Under the pieces are notes generated by a model. It was given only the letters and a program-made list of their open reading frames with translations, was not told where the DNA came from and did not search any database. Source: Candidatus Zhuqueibacterota bacterium (GTDB lineage Bacteria; Zhuqueibacterota; Zhuqueibacteria; Thermofontimicrobiales; Thermofontimicrobiaceae). Taken from it: a DNA stretch of 64,000 bases. The translations under genes were made by a program, and so were the position numbers. Location of the stretch: NCBI GenBank assembly GCA_049322915.1, contig JBMOPW010000014.1, positions 344,983 to 408,982 on the forward strand. Direction: 5' to 3'. Below are positions 47,682-56,940 of the stretch, piece by piece; the stretch's first letter is position 1, and every line of letters begins with the position of its first letter.

Positions 47682-49823
47682 TTAGCGCAACAGCATCATC
47701 TTCATTGTTTTGCTGAAGTCACCAGCATCGATACGATAGAAGTAAACACCGCTTGCCATATCTTTGGCATTCCATGTAACATGGTAAGTTGCAGGAGCTT
47801 TATGTTCGTTCACCAAATCAGCGACTTTCTGGCCCAGGACGTTGTAAACGCTAAGTTTCACGAGACCTGGCTGAGAAATGCTGTAGGTAATTTTGGTTTC
47901 CGGATTGAACGGATTGGGATAGTTCTGATTCAGGCTGTAGCTTGTGACGACACCAGGAGTGGTCTCTTCAACATCGCTGCCTAAGCCGAACCACAACAGG
48001 GATTTTCCAATGATACTGGAAACATTGGGCTCTGTCCACCAATAGCCTGGTGCTGTATCCAGGGTTAAAGGATCGAAGGTCAGGAACACTGTCTTCGAGC
48101 TTGCTTGTTCTGTGTGGAGACCCATGGTTCTGCCCTGAGCTGAATCTGTGAAGCATACAACAGCGTGGGAAGCAGCAGTCACGGCGTCACCCCAGTTTGT
48201 CCAGCCAAGTTCATAATTGGTGTTGATGTACAGGGTCAAACTGTCAGCCAGGAACGCAGCCAGGTCGCCGGTAATTCCATCGCCGGCAGCCGGGACAACC
48301 GGGAATGGATCAGCAGCAACGTCATGGCCTGCGCCACCGACGTATTCCAGACCCATGTACATATTGTGCCAATCATCAGCGGCAAAGGTGGAGTCATTAG
48401 CAGCACCCCAGCCACCGCAGAAGTAGCCGGCCCATTCCTGAGAAGACCAGAACAGGTTTTTGTTGCCAGCGGCAAACCAGGCGCCAAACACGTCGTCGTT
48501 GAGCGTGGCCGGTCCAAATACGTCTAATTGGACAATATAATTATACTGGTCAATCAGCGTGCTGCTGACAGGACCATCGGCAAGGCCAACCCACACATCG
48601 TAGGTATATGGAGTGCCATCCGCGGCTAACCACAGATTGTCATAGTAGGGATGGAGAATGATAGACGCATCGTACGATGTGCCGTCATCATTGTAGAACA
48701 CCAGCAATTCGGTTGTTTTGGCGAAGAAACCGTAGGAGTTTTCCGGGCTTGTGGTGGCCATTCCAGCTTTATCGGTTGCATCCCAGTAAAAGGTCACAAT
48801 ATCACCGGGGGTGATAAGATTCGCCGGAACGGTGGCTTCCCACATACCATCTGTGTCTGCTCCACTTGCTAACGCAGCAGCGACAGCGGTGTAAGCGCCA
48901 TCATTGACTTTGTAGTACATATTGACGGTGGCAGCGCCAGCCTGAGCCGGGTCATTGGCGTCGATGTCAGTAACATGAACTGCAAGCGTTCTGGCATCGG
49001 CTGACAACACGGTGGAATAGGTAGTCGGAGTAACCGTCGGAGCCGTGTTCTGGTAGAATTCAACCACTAACAACCAGGTACACTGGTAGTTACGAGCCAC
49101 AAATTGAGCCTGATGGCCGCTCCATCCAGCCTGATAGAATTTCGCAACGCGAGGGACATCGCTCACGCCAGTATAGTTCTGGGCGTCTGTGCCCATATAA
49201 GCGTTGGATTCGCCAAACGGAACCACAGAAACGACAAAGCCTTCACCCTCGCTATCGGGTTCATAGCCTAAGAAAATCATTTCTGTCCATACTCTTTGTC
49301 CGTCAACAACGGAAGCAGGGAAATCACCCCACATTTTCTCGCCCAACAGAGTGGCATAGCCCAATGAGTCTTTGGTCGGGCATCCAGCGCCGGACCATTT
49401 TGCATCAGCAAAATCCCAGCCATTAGCAGCTTTGTGGATCATTAAATTGAAACCGCTGGCAATGGGATTGCTGGTGCCCCATAGCTGTCCAACAATACCG
49501 ATGGCTTTGATGAAGCATGCGGCTGACGGTTCGTAATACGAAGAGTTCGTATCATTGACCGCGACGCCCCAGTTCACATCGGTTGTGGTGCTATGGGCAA
49601 TGGTATCAATAACACCCATGTGGGTGGCGTTGAACACCAAGTTTGCGTTCAAATCATTTTTCATTAATTGATCGAGTTGCTTTTTGGAAATTGGAATGGC
49701 TTCGCTTTTTACGCCTTTGGTGGTGGGTTTCAGGATGGCGTATTTTTGGGCGAATACGCTTGTAGTAAACGCTACAAGTAAAACTAAAACTAATAGCAAT
49801 GTGTACCTTTTCATAAATTCCAT
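47682..49823 (-). CDS. Secreted CTD protein of unknown function, paralog D (first in the array)
   Basis: Signal peptide, AQKYAILKPTT, FWSSQEW, and a distinct CTD; start at 49823 or 49814 (GGAGG RBS fits 49814). Confidence 0.88.
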   Translation of the reverse strand: MEFMKRYTLLLVLVLLVAFTTSVFAQKYAILKPTTKGVKSEAIPISKKQLDQLMKNDLNANLVFNATHMGVIDTIAHSTTTDVNWGVAVNDTNSSYYEPSAACFIKAIGIVGQLWGTSNPIASGFNLMIHKAANGWDFADAKWSGAGCPTKDSLGYATLLGEKMWGDFPASVVDGQRVWTEMIFLGYEPDSEGEGFVVSVVPFGESNAYMGTDAQNYTGVSDVPRVAKFYQAGWSGHQAQFVARNYQCTWLLVVEFYQNTAPTVTPTTYSTVLSADARTLAVHVTDIDANDPAQAGAATVNMYYKVNDGAYTAVAAALASGADTDGMWEATVPANLITPGDIVTFYWDATDKAGMATTSPENSYGFFAKTTELLVFYNDDGTSYDASIILHPYYDNLWLAADGTPYTYDVWVGLADGPVSSTLIDQYNYIVQLDVFGPATLNDDVFGAWFAAGNKNLFWSSQEWAGYFCGGWGAANDSTFAADDWHNMYMGLEYVGGAGHDVAADPFPVVPAAGDGITGDLAAFLADSLTLYINTNYELGWTNWGDAVTAASHAVVCFTDSAQGRTMGLHTEQASSKTVFLTFDPLTLDTAPGYWWTEPNVSSIIGKSLLWFGLGSDVEETTPGVVTSYSLNQNYPNPFNPETKITYSISQPGLVKLSVYNVLGQKVADLVNEHKAPATYHVTWNAKDMASGVYFYRIDAGDFSKTMKMMLLR

Positions 49824-49967
49824 CCTCCAGCTAATTTAAGGATTGTCTTTTAATAAACTTCCGTTCTAAAAGATGTTACTTCGGTGGAACGAATTTTCTT
49901 TCCCTGCAACCTCCTTTCATAGGGTAAGGAAAAAAAAGTGGGTAAGTGATAATTTTAAAGGCTGTTT

Positions 49968-49996
49968 AATCTAAATAAATTTTTTTAAAATTGCAA
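49968..49996 (-). promoter_or_regulatory. Putative sigma70 promoter for paralog D
   Basis: Minus strand TTGCAA, 17 bp, TAGATT in an AT-rich tract. Confidence 0.45.
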
Positions 49997-50570
49997 CAAA
50001 AAAGTAAAGTTTTTTTATGCAAATTTTATGTAATCATGGACTCACGCCCGGGCACGACATTTCTACAAATTTGATGCCTGAAAAAATGAGTGTGACAGAC
50101 GGGTATAACTTAAATAAAATTAAGAGAAGAAAATTCAGGAAATGCTCCCGGCGAACCGGGTTATGCAACGTTGTTCATAGATGTGTAGAAAGAATTTGCA
50201 CATGATTGTATCATGGTTTTCATGCGATGCGACTCGAAATTATAAGGGTCAATCGGCAGTGTACTGCCAACATCATGGCGTTCAACAGTCGGCGTTTTTC
50301 TACAGGCCCGGAAATGGAGTCGCATCAGGAGAGAATGAGCCCGGTGACAGGTAGTCTGGTCGTCGCTGATGAATCATGTCGTGATTCCGAACGGTCAGCT
50401 ATCTGTCGTCTTTACAAGATTACACATGGCAGGTGACGACTGACCGGGATCGGCTCTTCCCTGCCATGCTGGTTCCGGACGGCGGCCATTGCGATGCAAC
50501 AGAAGGGCCGGGTGGTAAAACTTCACAACCCTGATACATGCGACACACTGCCAATTCTCCGGATGAACGG

Positions 50571-51059
50571 TTACAGCAGTTTTATCTTTTTGATGATGCG
50601 TTTCAGGGATCGACCGAATTTCGCCTGCCGAATTTCCAGTCGTCGCTCCTGTCCCTCGCCGATGCTTTTTGTTTCGATGCCGTCGAAGTCCTTCAAATAG
50701 TCGTGGACAATAAATCGCTCGAAGTTATCGAGATACGGCAGCATGATGGTCTCTCCGCTGGCCAGCACTTTATCCGCTGCATCTTTGGCCAATTTTTTGA
50801 GATTCCCGACCGGGAACACTTTTAGCACATAGCTCTCACCCCGGCGATACGTCTTGGTGACGTATTCCGGTTTTGAATCAAAAAAGCCATGAATTTTCTT
50901 GCGTTCAAATCCATTCAGATTTTCGATGCTGACTGGCTCCAATGTATCGCGGAGCCTTTTTTGGGCATCGATCAGAATCTGGTCAATTTTGGCCAGGCTT
51001 TCCCTGGATGGCTCACTTCGTTTCCCCCTGAAAGAGGAATTTCTTTGTTGATTTTTCAT
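50571..51059 (-). CDS. Tandem R3H-domain protein
   Basis: LNGFERKKIH and LDNFERFIVH...ETKSIGEGQERR; the second resembles the Jag/EloR C-terminal R3H. Confidence 0.8.
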   Translation of the reverse strand: MKNQQRNSSFRGKRSEPSRESLAKIDQILIDAQKRLRDTLEPVSIENLNGFERKKIHGFFDSKPEYVTKTYRRGESYVLKVFPVGNLKKLAKDAADKVLASGETIMLPYLDNFERFIVHDYLKDFDGIETKSIGEGQERRLEIRQAKFGRSLKRIIKKIKLL

Positions 51060-51064
51060 AGTCG

Positions 51065-52492
51065 TCAAAGCGCTATACCTGATTTCAATTTTAATTTATG
51101 AATTAATAGCTCGTGTATATTGCCAAATGCCCCGTTGCTCATGATCAGAATGTGATCACCCGGACGCGCATGGCCCGCAAGATAATCGACTATTTCCGGA
51201 ACAGATGGCACGTAGTGAGCTTCGTGATTTCTGAGTTGTATTTTTTTGATCAGCGATGATATTGAAAGGCGCTTCTCCTGTTTGACTTTCTCCGGCAGAT
51301 GCAGCGGCGCAAGGATTGTGACATCGGCATCGTCGAACGCGGCAGCATACTGATCTTCCATGATTTTGTTTTTTGCTGTGGCCGTGCGCGGTTCGTACAC
51401 CGCCCAGATTTTTTTATTCGGATAGCGACAGCGCAAACCGTTGATCGTGGATTTCACCTTGGTTGGATGATGGGCGAAATCGTCGTAAATGGAAATATCG
51501 TTGATGACCGCCTTCACCTCGAGCCGCTTTAAAATGTTCTGAAACAGCGGCAGTCCCTGAATAATCTTGTCTGCGGGCAATCCGTAGAAATGGGTTGCGC
51601 CCACTGCCGCTAATGCGTTACTGATGTTGTGATAGCCGGTGAGCGGCATGGACACCGAGGCGAAGAGCGCATTGTTTTTGAAAATATCGAATGTTGTCTG
51701 ATCCGGGGAAAACTGTATGTTTTCGGCGCGCCAGAAAGCGTCGTTGTTGACGCCAAAGGTCTGGACCGGCGCGAGCGAGTACGGGATCAGTTCCGCCAAT
51801 ACCGGGTCGGCCGCGTTGGCCAGCAACAGCCCATTGCCCGGGATGAGATTGATGAAGCGTCGAAACGCTAATTTGTAAACGTCGAAATTATCGTAAATAT
51901 CGGCATGGTCGAATTCAATGTTATTGATGATGGCTACTTCAGGGAGATAGTGAAAATACTTAGCAGCCTTGTCGAAAAAGGCGGTATCGTATTCATCGCC
52001 TTCCACCACGAATAAATTGGATGCCCCCACTTTGAAGCCCTGATTGAAATTTCGGGGGATGCCGCCGATGAGAAAGCCGGGGTCAGCGCCGCCGAATTCC
52101 AGCAGCCAGGCGGTGAGGGAACTGGTCGTTGTCTTCCCGTGCGTGCCGGCAACGACGATGTTGTTTTTGCCGAGAAGAAAAAAATCCTTCAGTGCGGCAG
52201 CCATGGAAGTGTACGGAATTTTTTCATTCAGCACGGTCTCCACTTCCGGATTGCCTCGGGACATGGCATTGCCGATAATGACCAAATCCGGGCGGGACGA
52301 TAAATGTTCAGGCTTAAATCCCTCGAATATTTTAATACCCTGCGACTCCAGAAACGTGCTCATCGGAGGGTAGACATGGTCATCGGACCCGCTGACCTGA
52401 TAGCCCTGCGATTTCAGCATCGCCGCGAGCGAGCCCATCGCTGTGCCGCATATCGCGATGAAATAGATGTGTTTAATTTCGCGCGTTCGCAT
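51065..52492 (-). CDS. mpl: UDP-MurNAc:L-Ala-gamma-D-Glu-mDAP ligase (murein peptide ligase)
   Basis: ICGTAMG, VYPPMS, GTHGKTTT, EGDEYDTAFFDK, NIEFDHADIY, DDFAHHPT, MSNGAFG. Confidence 0.92.
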   Translation of the reverse strand: MRTREIKHIYFIAICGTAMGSLAAMLKSQGYQVSGSDDHVYPPMSTFLESQGIKIFEGFKPEHLSSRPDLVIIGNAMSRGNPEVETVLNEKIPYTSMAAALKDFFLLGKNNIVVAGTHGKTTTSSLTAWLLEFGGADPGFLIGGIPRNFNQGFKVGASNLFVVEGDEYDTAFFDKAAKYFHYLPEVAIINNIEFDHADIYDNFDVYKLAFRRFINLIPGNGLLLANAADPVLAELIPYSLAPVQTFGVNNDAFWRAENIQFSPDQTTFDIFKNNALFASVSMPLTGYHNISNALAAVGATHFYGLPADKIIQGLPLFQNILKRLEVKAVINDISIYDDFAHHPTKVKSTINGLRCRYPNKKIWAVYEPRTATAKNKIMEDQYAAAFDDADVTILAPLHLPEKVKQEKRLSISSLIKKIQLRNHEAHYVPSVPEIVDYLAGHARPGDHILIMSNGAFGNIHELLIHKLKLKSGIAL

Positions 52493-52500
52493 GTCTCGAA

Positions 52501-53025
52501 TCAATTTCCAATCGTTAAAAGAATGTCCAGCAAATCCTGTTCAATGCTCACCATCGGATTTTCCACAATTCGGCCCAATTCTTTGTCGCCCTGAAAAACG
52601 ATGAATGTCGGCACGAATTCTATCTGGTTTTTTTCAGCCAGTCCTTCCAGATCCCGTTTGGTTCGGTCCAATCCAATCAGGGAATAGCCGAGATTGCTGT
52701 TACCTGTCTGTTCCATGATTTTCAGGAATCGCGGAACCTGGCGTTGGCAATCCGGGCACCATGTCCCTAAAAATACCACAATAGTTGCCGCATGCGGAAA
52801 TTTTCTTAATTGAAGAATGACCGCTTCATCCGGCTGATACATATCGCATTCGGATTGATATTCGGGGAGTTGCTTCAAGAGTTGTTCGGCCGACAATTTT
52901 CCGGTCAGAATAATTTTATTGGATTGCGGAGCAGGGCGTGAATTTGAAGTGCCTTTTATTGGTCCTGAGCAGGTGACGAAGACCGCAGCCAGAATCAACA
53001 TGACGTATGAATGGAATGTCTCCAC
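52501..53025 (-). CDS. Thioredoxin-family protein (WCPDC), probable lipoprotein
   Basis: FLGTWCPDC, VPTF, ELGRIVE; N-terminal hydrophobic stretch ending in VTC. Confidence 0.85.
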   Translation of the reverse strand: METFHSYVMLILAAVFVTCSGPIKGTSNSRPAPQSNKIILTGKLSAEQLLKQLPEYQSECDMYQPDEAVILQLRKFPHAATIVVFLGTWCPDCQRQVPRFLKIMEQTGNSNLGYSLIGLDRTKRDLEGLAEKNQIEFVPTFIVFQGDKELGRIVENPMVSIEQDLLDILLTIGN

Positions 53026-53287
53026 GGCTATCCCGGATTAATATGGTTCGTATTGGCTTCGCAGTATGAGGGAACGCCCGCATCATTCGGGCGGATCGAA
53101 TCGGTTACTTAGAGCTGCGTTGAATTATCGAGTATGTCCATAAAAAACCACTGCATTGCGCCGGAAGGATTGCGACAGTCAAGGCAGTCGTCGAAATCCA
53201 TGTTTCAATCCGCTCACTGACGGACGTTTCGGCGTGGTACAGCGCCATGCAGGTGAAAGTTTAAAATGCATGTCAAAAAAATTCTGA

Positions 53288-53360
53288 CCCACGAAATACA
53301 CAAAAATCCACGCACATTGGACTTACATAACATCCGTGTGTTTTCGTGTTTTTCGTGGGC
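53288..53360. repeat. Inverted repeat of ~9-bp CACGAAA units
   Basis: CCCACGAAATACACAAAAATCCACG opposite CGTGTGTTTTCGTGTTTTTCGTGGG, downstream of rodZ. Confidence 0.6.
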
Positions 53361-53402
53361 AGATTTTGATTGGAACATACGGTTCAGATTTTCACAAGGT
53401 AT

Positions 53403-54221
53403 TTAAAGTGAACTGCTCTGTATCCCATCCTTGTTCAGCAACAGGGTAACGACCTCACCTTTTTCGCCCAATTGGCCAAGATCTACACCATTCAAGTACA
53501 GTCGGATTCCACCGCCATTCCCAATGCGAAGCAGGTATTTTTCTTCCGCTTCCCAGTTCGCATTGCTTCCTGTATCGAAAATATAATCTTTGGCAGCACT
53601 GTCATCAACGGCAATTTGTACCCATGTTTTCTCGAGTGTTTTTACTTCCAGCGAGAGCTTTTTATTCATCGTAAACAGCTTGCTGGCAATGGACATTGCC
53701 GATGTGTCCAGGTTGTTTTTATGGATTGTATTTCCCAGCGCCGTACCGGTTGAATCTGATAGGTACGCTGCCTGGTCTGTGTCCCCATTCATCAAAGAGA
53801 AGAGGATGAATATGACACTGACAAGTCCCACTCCCAACCAGATGAATTTTTTCTGGCGGAGATAGGGCCCAATGGATGTCCTGACTTTGGCAATTGCATC
53901 AGGTTGTTTTTTTGGTGAAGACGCGATTTGAACTTCGTTTTCTAAAAGGGTATCGGTTCTTGTCTTCCCCCTGGAAATGATTGCATCATACTCGACCAAA
54001 ATTTTTTGAGCGTCCTTGCCCAGCTCTTTCACATATACTTTCAGAAAGTTCCGGACGAAAAGTTCCGGCAGATAATCAAACCTGCCACCTTCCATGTGCT
54101 TGAGAAAGTTGATGTTAATTTTAGTCTGACTTGCTACTTTTTCCAAAGACAATTTTTTTAATTCACGTAACCTTCTTAGATTCTCACCCAGTTGCATCAA
54201 CTCTTTTTCCTTTTCCTCCAA
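53403..54221 (-). CDS. rodZ: RodZ-like protein (HTH, TM, DUF4115)
   Basis: LGENLRRLRE...VAS.TKI....L..ME.G.F..LP; a single TM; TWVQI..D, LRIGNGGGI.L.LNG; TTG start with GGAGG RBS. Confidence 0.85.
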   Translation of the reverse strand: MEEKEKELMQLGENLRRLRELKKLSLEKVASQTKININFLKHMEGGRFDYLPELFVRNFLKVYVKELGKDAQKILVEYDAIISRGKTRTDTLLENEVQIASSPKKQPDAIAKVRTSIGPYLRQKKFIWLGVGLVSVIFILFSLMNGDTDQAAYLSDSTGTALGNTIHKNNLDTSAMSIASKLFTMNKKLSLEVKTLEKTWVQIAVDDSAAKDYIFDTGSNANWEAEEKYLLRIGNGGGIRLYLNGVDLGQLGEKGEVVTLLLNKDGIQSSSL

Positions 54222-54316
54222 TTTTTTCCTTCCTCCTCAAAAAGGATTTTTTACCCATGCAACAGTTTAAAAAAATGAATGGCTACCAAAAATAGTATGC
54301 TCTTTGTTTTTTACGA

Positions 54317-54913
54317 TCACCTCCTGTCTGTTAGTATTCTTTTTAACGCAAGGTACAGTTTTGTCACCGGCAAACCCATGACATTGTAATAGCAGCCGTT
54401 GATGGATTGGACGAACACTGCGCCTTCATCCTGAATTCCATAGGAACCGGCTTTGTCCCGCGGCTGACCGGAGTCGATATATTTTTCAATTTCCGACGTT
54501 TCCAGGTCACGAAATCGAACATCGGTGACTTCATAATCCGAGTGAATTTTGTGATCCGGCATTGTGATGATGGAAAATCCCGTATACACCTGATGCCGGG
54601 CGCCGCTCAGCATGCTGAGCATTTTATAACTGTCCGCAGCATGGATTGGTTTACCCAAAACCTGTCCGTTCATCACCACGACAGAATCCGCGCCGATGAT
54701 AATTCCCTCCGGGATATTTTTCGCCACCTCTTCCGCTTTGCGCGTGGCGAGCGTTTGCACCAATTCAATGGGCGCTAACGCAGAACAATCGTTTTCATCA
54801 ATACTGCTGGTACAGACCTCGAAATGAGACACAACTTTTTTGATCAGCTCTATTCTACGCGGCGATTGAGATGCTAACACGATTCGAATAGACGCCGTAT
54901 TTAAAAATGCCAT
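54317..54913 (-). CDS. maf: Maf-family nucleoside triphosphate pyrophosphatase
   Basis: LASQSPRR, IGADSVV, LGKP, DKAGSYGIQ, G.YYNVMGLP. Confidence 0.93.
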   Translation of the reverse strand: MAFLNTASIRIVLASQSPRRIELIKKVVSHFEVCTSSIDENDCSALAPIELVQTLATRKAEEVAKNIPEGIIIGADSVVVMNGQVLGKPIHAADSYKMLSMLSGARHQVYTGFSIITMPDHKIHSDYEVTDVRFRDLETSEIEKYIDSGQPRDKAGSYGIQDEGAVFVQSINGCYYNVMGLPVTKLYLALKRILTDRR

Positions 54914-55335
54914 AAAAAAATTCTTGTGTTACGGAGATGAAAAAAAGCGAGTTTTTCAACCGTTATTTCTACTTCAACTGATAAAAAAACTCTATTCGGA
55001 TCCGGATTTCCATCGATCATTTAATGGGCGAAAAATTCAGTGTTAAAAAACGGGTCTTAGTAAAAATCAACGAGTTTTTCCCGATGAAAAAGGCATTAAA
55101 TTTTTCGCTGCAACACAATTACTATATACTTATTTTTTATACAAAAATCAAGTAAAAAATTTAAAGAAATTTAGTGCATATCTGAGCGAAATTCTGAAGG
55201 TCGGCGGCGATGTTGCCCTGCTGAATTTTGAAGCGATGGCAACATGAAGGCAAGGATGATTGTAAATGCAATGATAGCGTTCCGCTGAACCAGCATCCGG
55301 CGCATGAATAATCAGAATGATAGGATGGAAATTCA

Positions 55336-55495
55336 GTGACTATTCGGCTGCGAAGCACAAAGAAAAAGAAATCGAAAAGTATGAGCTGTGAGAAGCTGAA
55401 TTTGGTTTTAAAAAAAGTTGAATAAGAAATTTACATCTTCGTGTAACTTGGTGATCCAGAGTCTTTGCGGTAAGAAAAGATGCCTGAATAGTGAC
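55336..55495. mobile_element. 160-bp MITE with IS66-like ends and a perfect 8-bp TSD
   Basis: Ends GTGACTATTCGG/CTGAATAGTGAC (10/12 IR); GAAATTCA duplicated at 55328-55335 and 55496-55503; degenerate CTTCGTGT/CACAAAG units inside. Confidence 0.75.
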
Positions 55496-55514
55496 GAAAT
55501 TCAGACGCCGAATT

Positions 55515-56060
55515 TCATCGCTCGATTCCATCTCTGGCCGGAGTGCCCTGATGATAGTAATGTTTCACTTCCACCATTTCTGTAACCAGGTCCGCAATAT
55601 CCACTAATTGCTGGGGCGCGTAGCGGCCGGTCAGCACCAACTCCATGGCGTCGGGCCGGGACTGGACCAGTGCGATGACCCGGTCAAGTGGGATCAATTT
55701 GAAATACAGCGCCACATTGATTTCATCGAGAATGATGATGTCAAATTCACCGGAGTTCATGGCCCTGGTCGCTGCCGAAAGGCCTGCGTCCGCTAACCGA
55801 ATATCTTCATCCGTTGGCTTATCGACGTGGACAAAGGTGTCCTTCCCGAACTGCTCGATGGTAATTTCCGGAATCCGTCCGGCAGTGACGAGTTCACCGT
55901 AGGGTTGGCCTTTCATGAATTGGGCGATGTACGTCCGAAGACCCCGACCGGCCGCGCGAAACGCCAGACCCAGCGCTGCGCTCGTCTTGCCTTTCCCGTT
56001 GCCTGTATAGATATGGACCCGCCCGGTCGAAAGATGCGCTTTCGAAATGTCTGCCTGCAT
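55515..56060 (-). CDS. btuR: ATP:cob(I)alamin adenosyltransferase, CobA/BtuR type
   Basis: IYTGNGKGKTSAALG, QFMKG, ILDE, ELVLTGR, ADLVTEM...KH; real start MQADISK at 56060. Confidence 0.92.
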   Translation of the reverse strand: MQADISKAHLSTGRVHIYTGNGKGKTSAALGLAFRAAGRGLRTYIAQFMKGQPYGELVTAGRIPEITIEQFGKDTFVHVDKPTDEDIRLADAGLSAATRAMNSGEFDIIILDEINVALYFKLIPLDRVIALVQSRPDAMELVLTGRYAPQQLVDIADLVTEMVEVKHYYHQGTPARDGIER

Positions 56061-56244
56061 GCTTTTTCTCTGATGAGTATTATTGAGCGGATTGTCGGAG
56101 CGATGAACTGGGACAATCCATTGGAACTGCCGACGGCATTCGGATGACTTGCGTTCGAATGCATTGAAAGCTGCCGATTCCCGCATTTCAAAACGATTGG
56201 CAATCGGCGTTACTGCAACGCGCGGCCCGAAGACAGTCGTTCTG

Positions 56245-56940
56245 TTATCGTTCGCCCAGATAGTATTTGAGCGAGATGCCAATGGTGAAATACGTGTCGT
56301 AGCGGTTTTCTCTGGTGTCCAAAGTCTTTCCGTCCGCGTCGACATAAGTGGTTAACGTTTGGCCTGTTGTATGCAGGAGCATGAATTGGCTGACGAATCC
56401 CACTAACAGATTTTCGCTGAAGGCATCGGTATAAATTCCGGCTTCAATCAATCCGCCAGGTCCGTGACGTTTCCGGGGGCGCTTCAATTCGCCGTAATAG
56501 GGATCGGAAAGCTTGGTCTGAAACCAATAATAGGCCACTCCGGCGCCCACATAGGCGTCCAACTGATCCTTCACCTGAAAGCGGTAACGCGTGGTGAGGG
56601 GAAATCCGTACACATTTACGACCTCCTGTTCCAGCGTGGGGTAGTAACTGTAGGGATCGATTACAGTCACCCACTCCGGATCGTGCGGCGACGAATTCCC
56701 AAAATCAAACGCCAGGTGCGCAATCTCCAGGTTTTTGGTCAACTGATAACCGAGGCCAAATCGCAGCGCAAAGCCGGTGAGAACATCGTCGCCCGTTCCG
56801 GCCATGGGAATCCGAAGTCCAAAGAGAAACTCGCTCGTGAATTTATTGGGATGCTCAAAATTGGAGACCTTCATTTGAGCGGATAAATTTATAAAAAAAC
56901 AGAGAATCACTGAGACAATAATGAGCGGTAATTTTTTCAT
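56245..56940 (-). CDS. Outer-membrane beta-barrel protein
   Basis: Signal peptide; amphipathic strands (RFGLGYQ, YVGAGVAY, FTIGISLKYY). Confidence 0.75.
   Translation of the reverse strand: MKKLPLIIVSVILCFFINLSAQMKVSNFEHPNKFTSEFLFGLRIPMAGTGDDVLTGFALRFGLGYQLTKNLEIAHLAFDFGNSSPHDPEWVTVIDPYSYYPTLEQEVVNVYGFPLTTRYRFQVKDQLDAYVGAGVAYYWFQTKLSDPYYGELKRPRKRHGPGGLIEAGIYTDAFSENLLVGFVSQFMLLHTTGQTLTTYVDADGKTLDTRENRYDTYFTIGISLKYYLGER

Noticed and set aside
50040..50570. Possible structured ncRNA (several short IRs; TGCAACAGA resembles RNase P RNA)
   Set aside because: No GAGGAAAGTCC or other universal RNase P, tmRNA or 6S elements; the short ORFs here have no recognisable features.
56061..56345. N-terminal extensions in the ORF track for btuR (also lspA, L7Ae, S46, the 33493 ORF and ribH)
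   Set aside because: The extensions overlap neighbouring genes or lack an RBS; homology and RBS position support the downstream starts.
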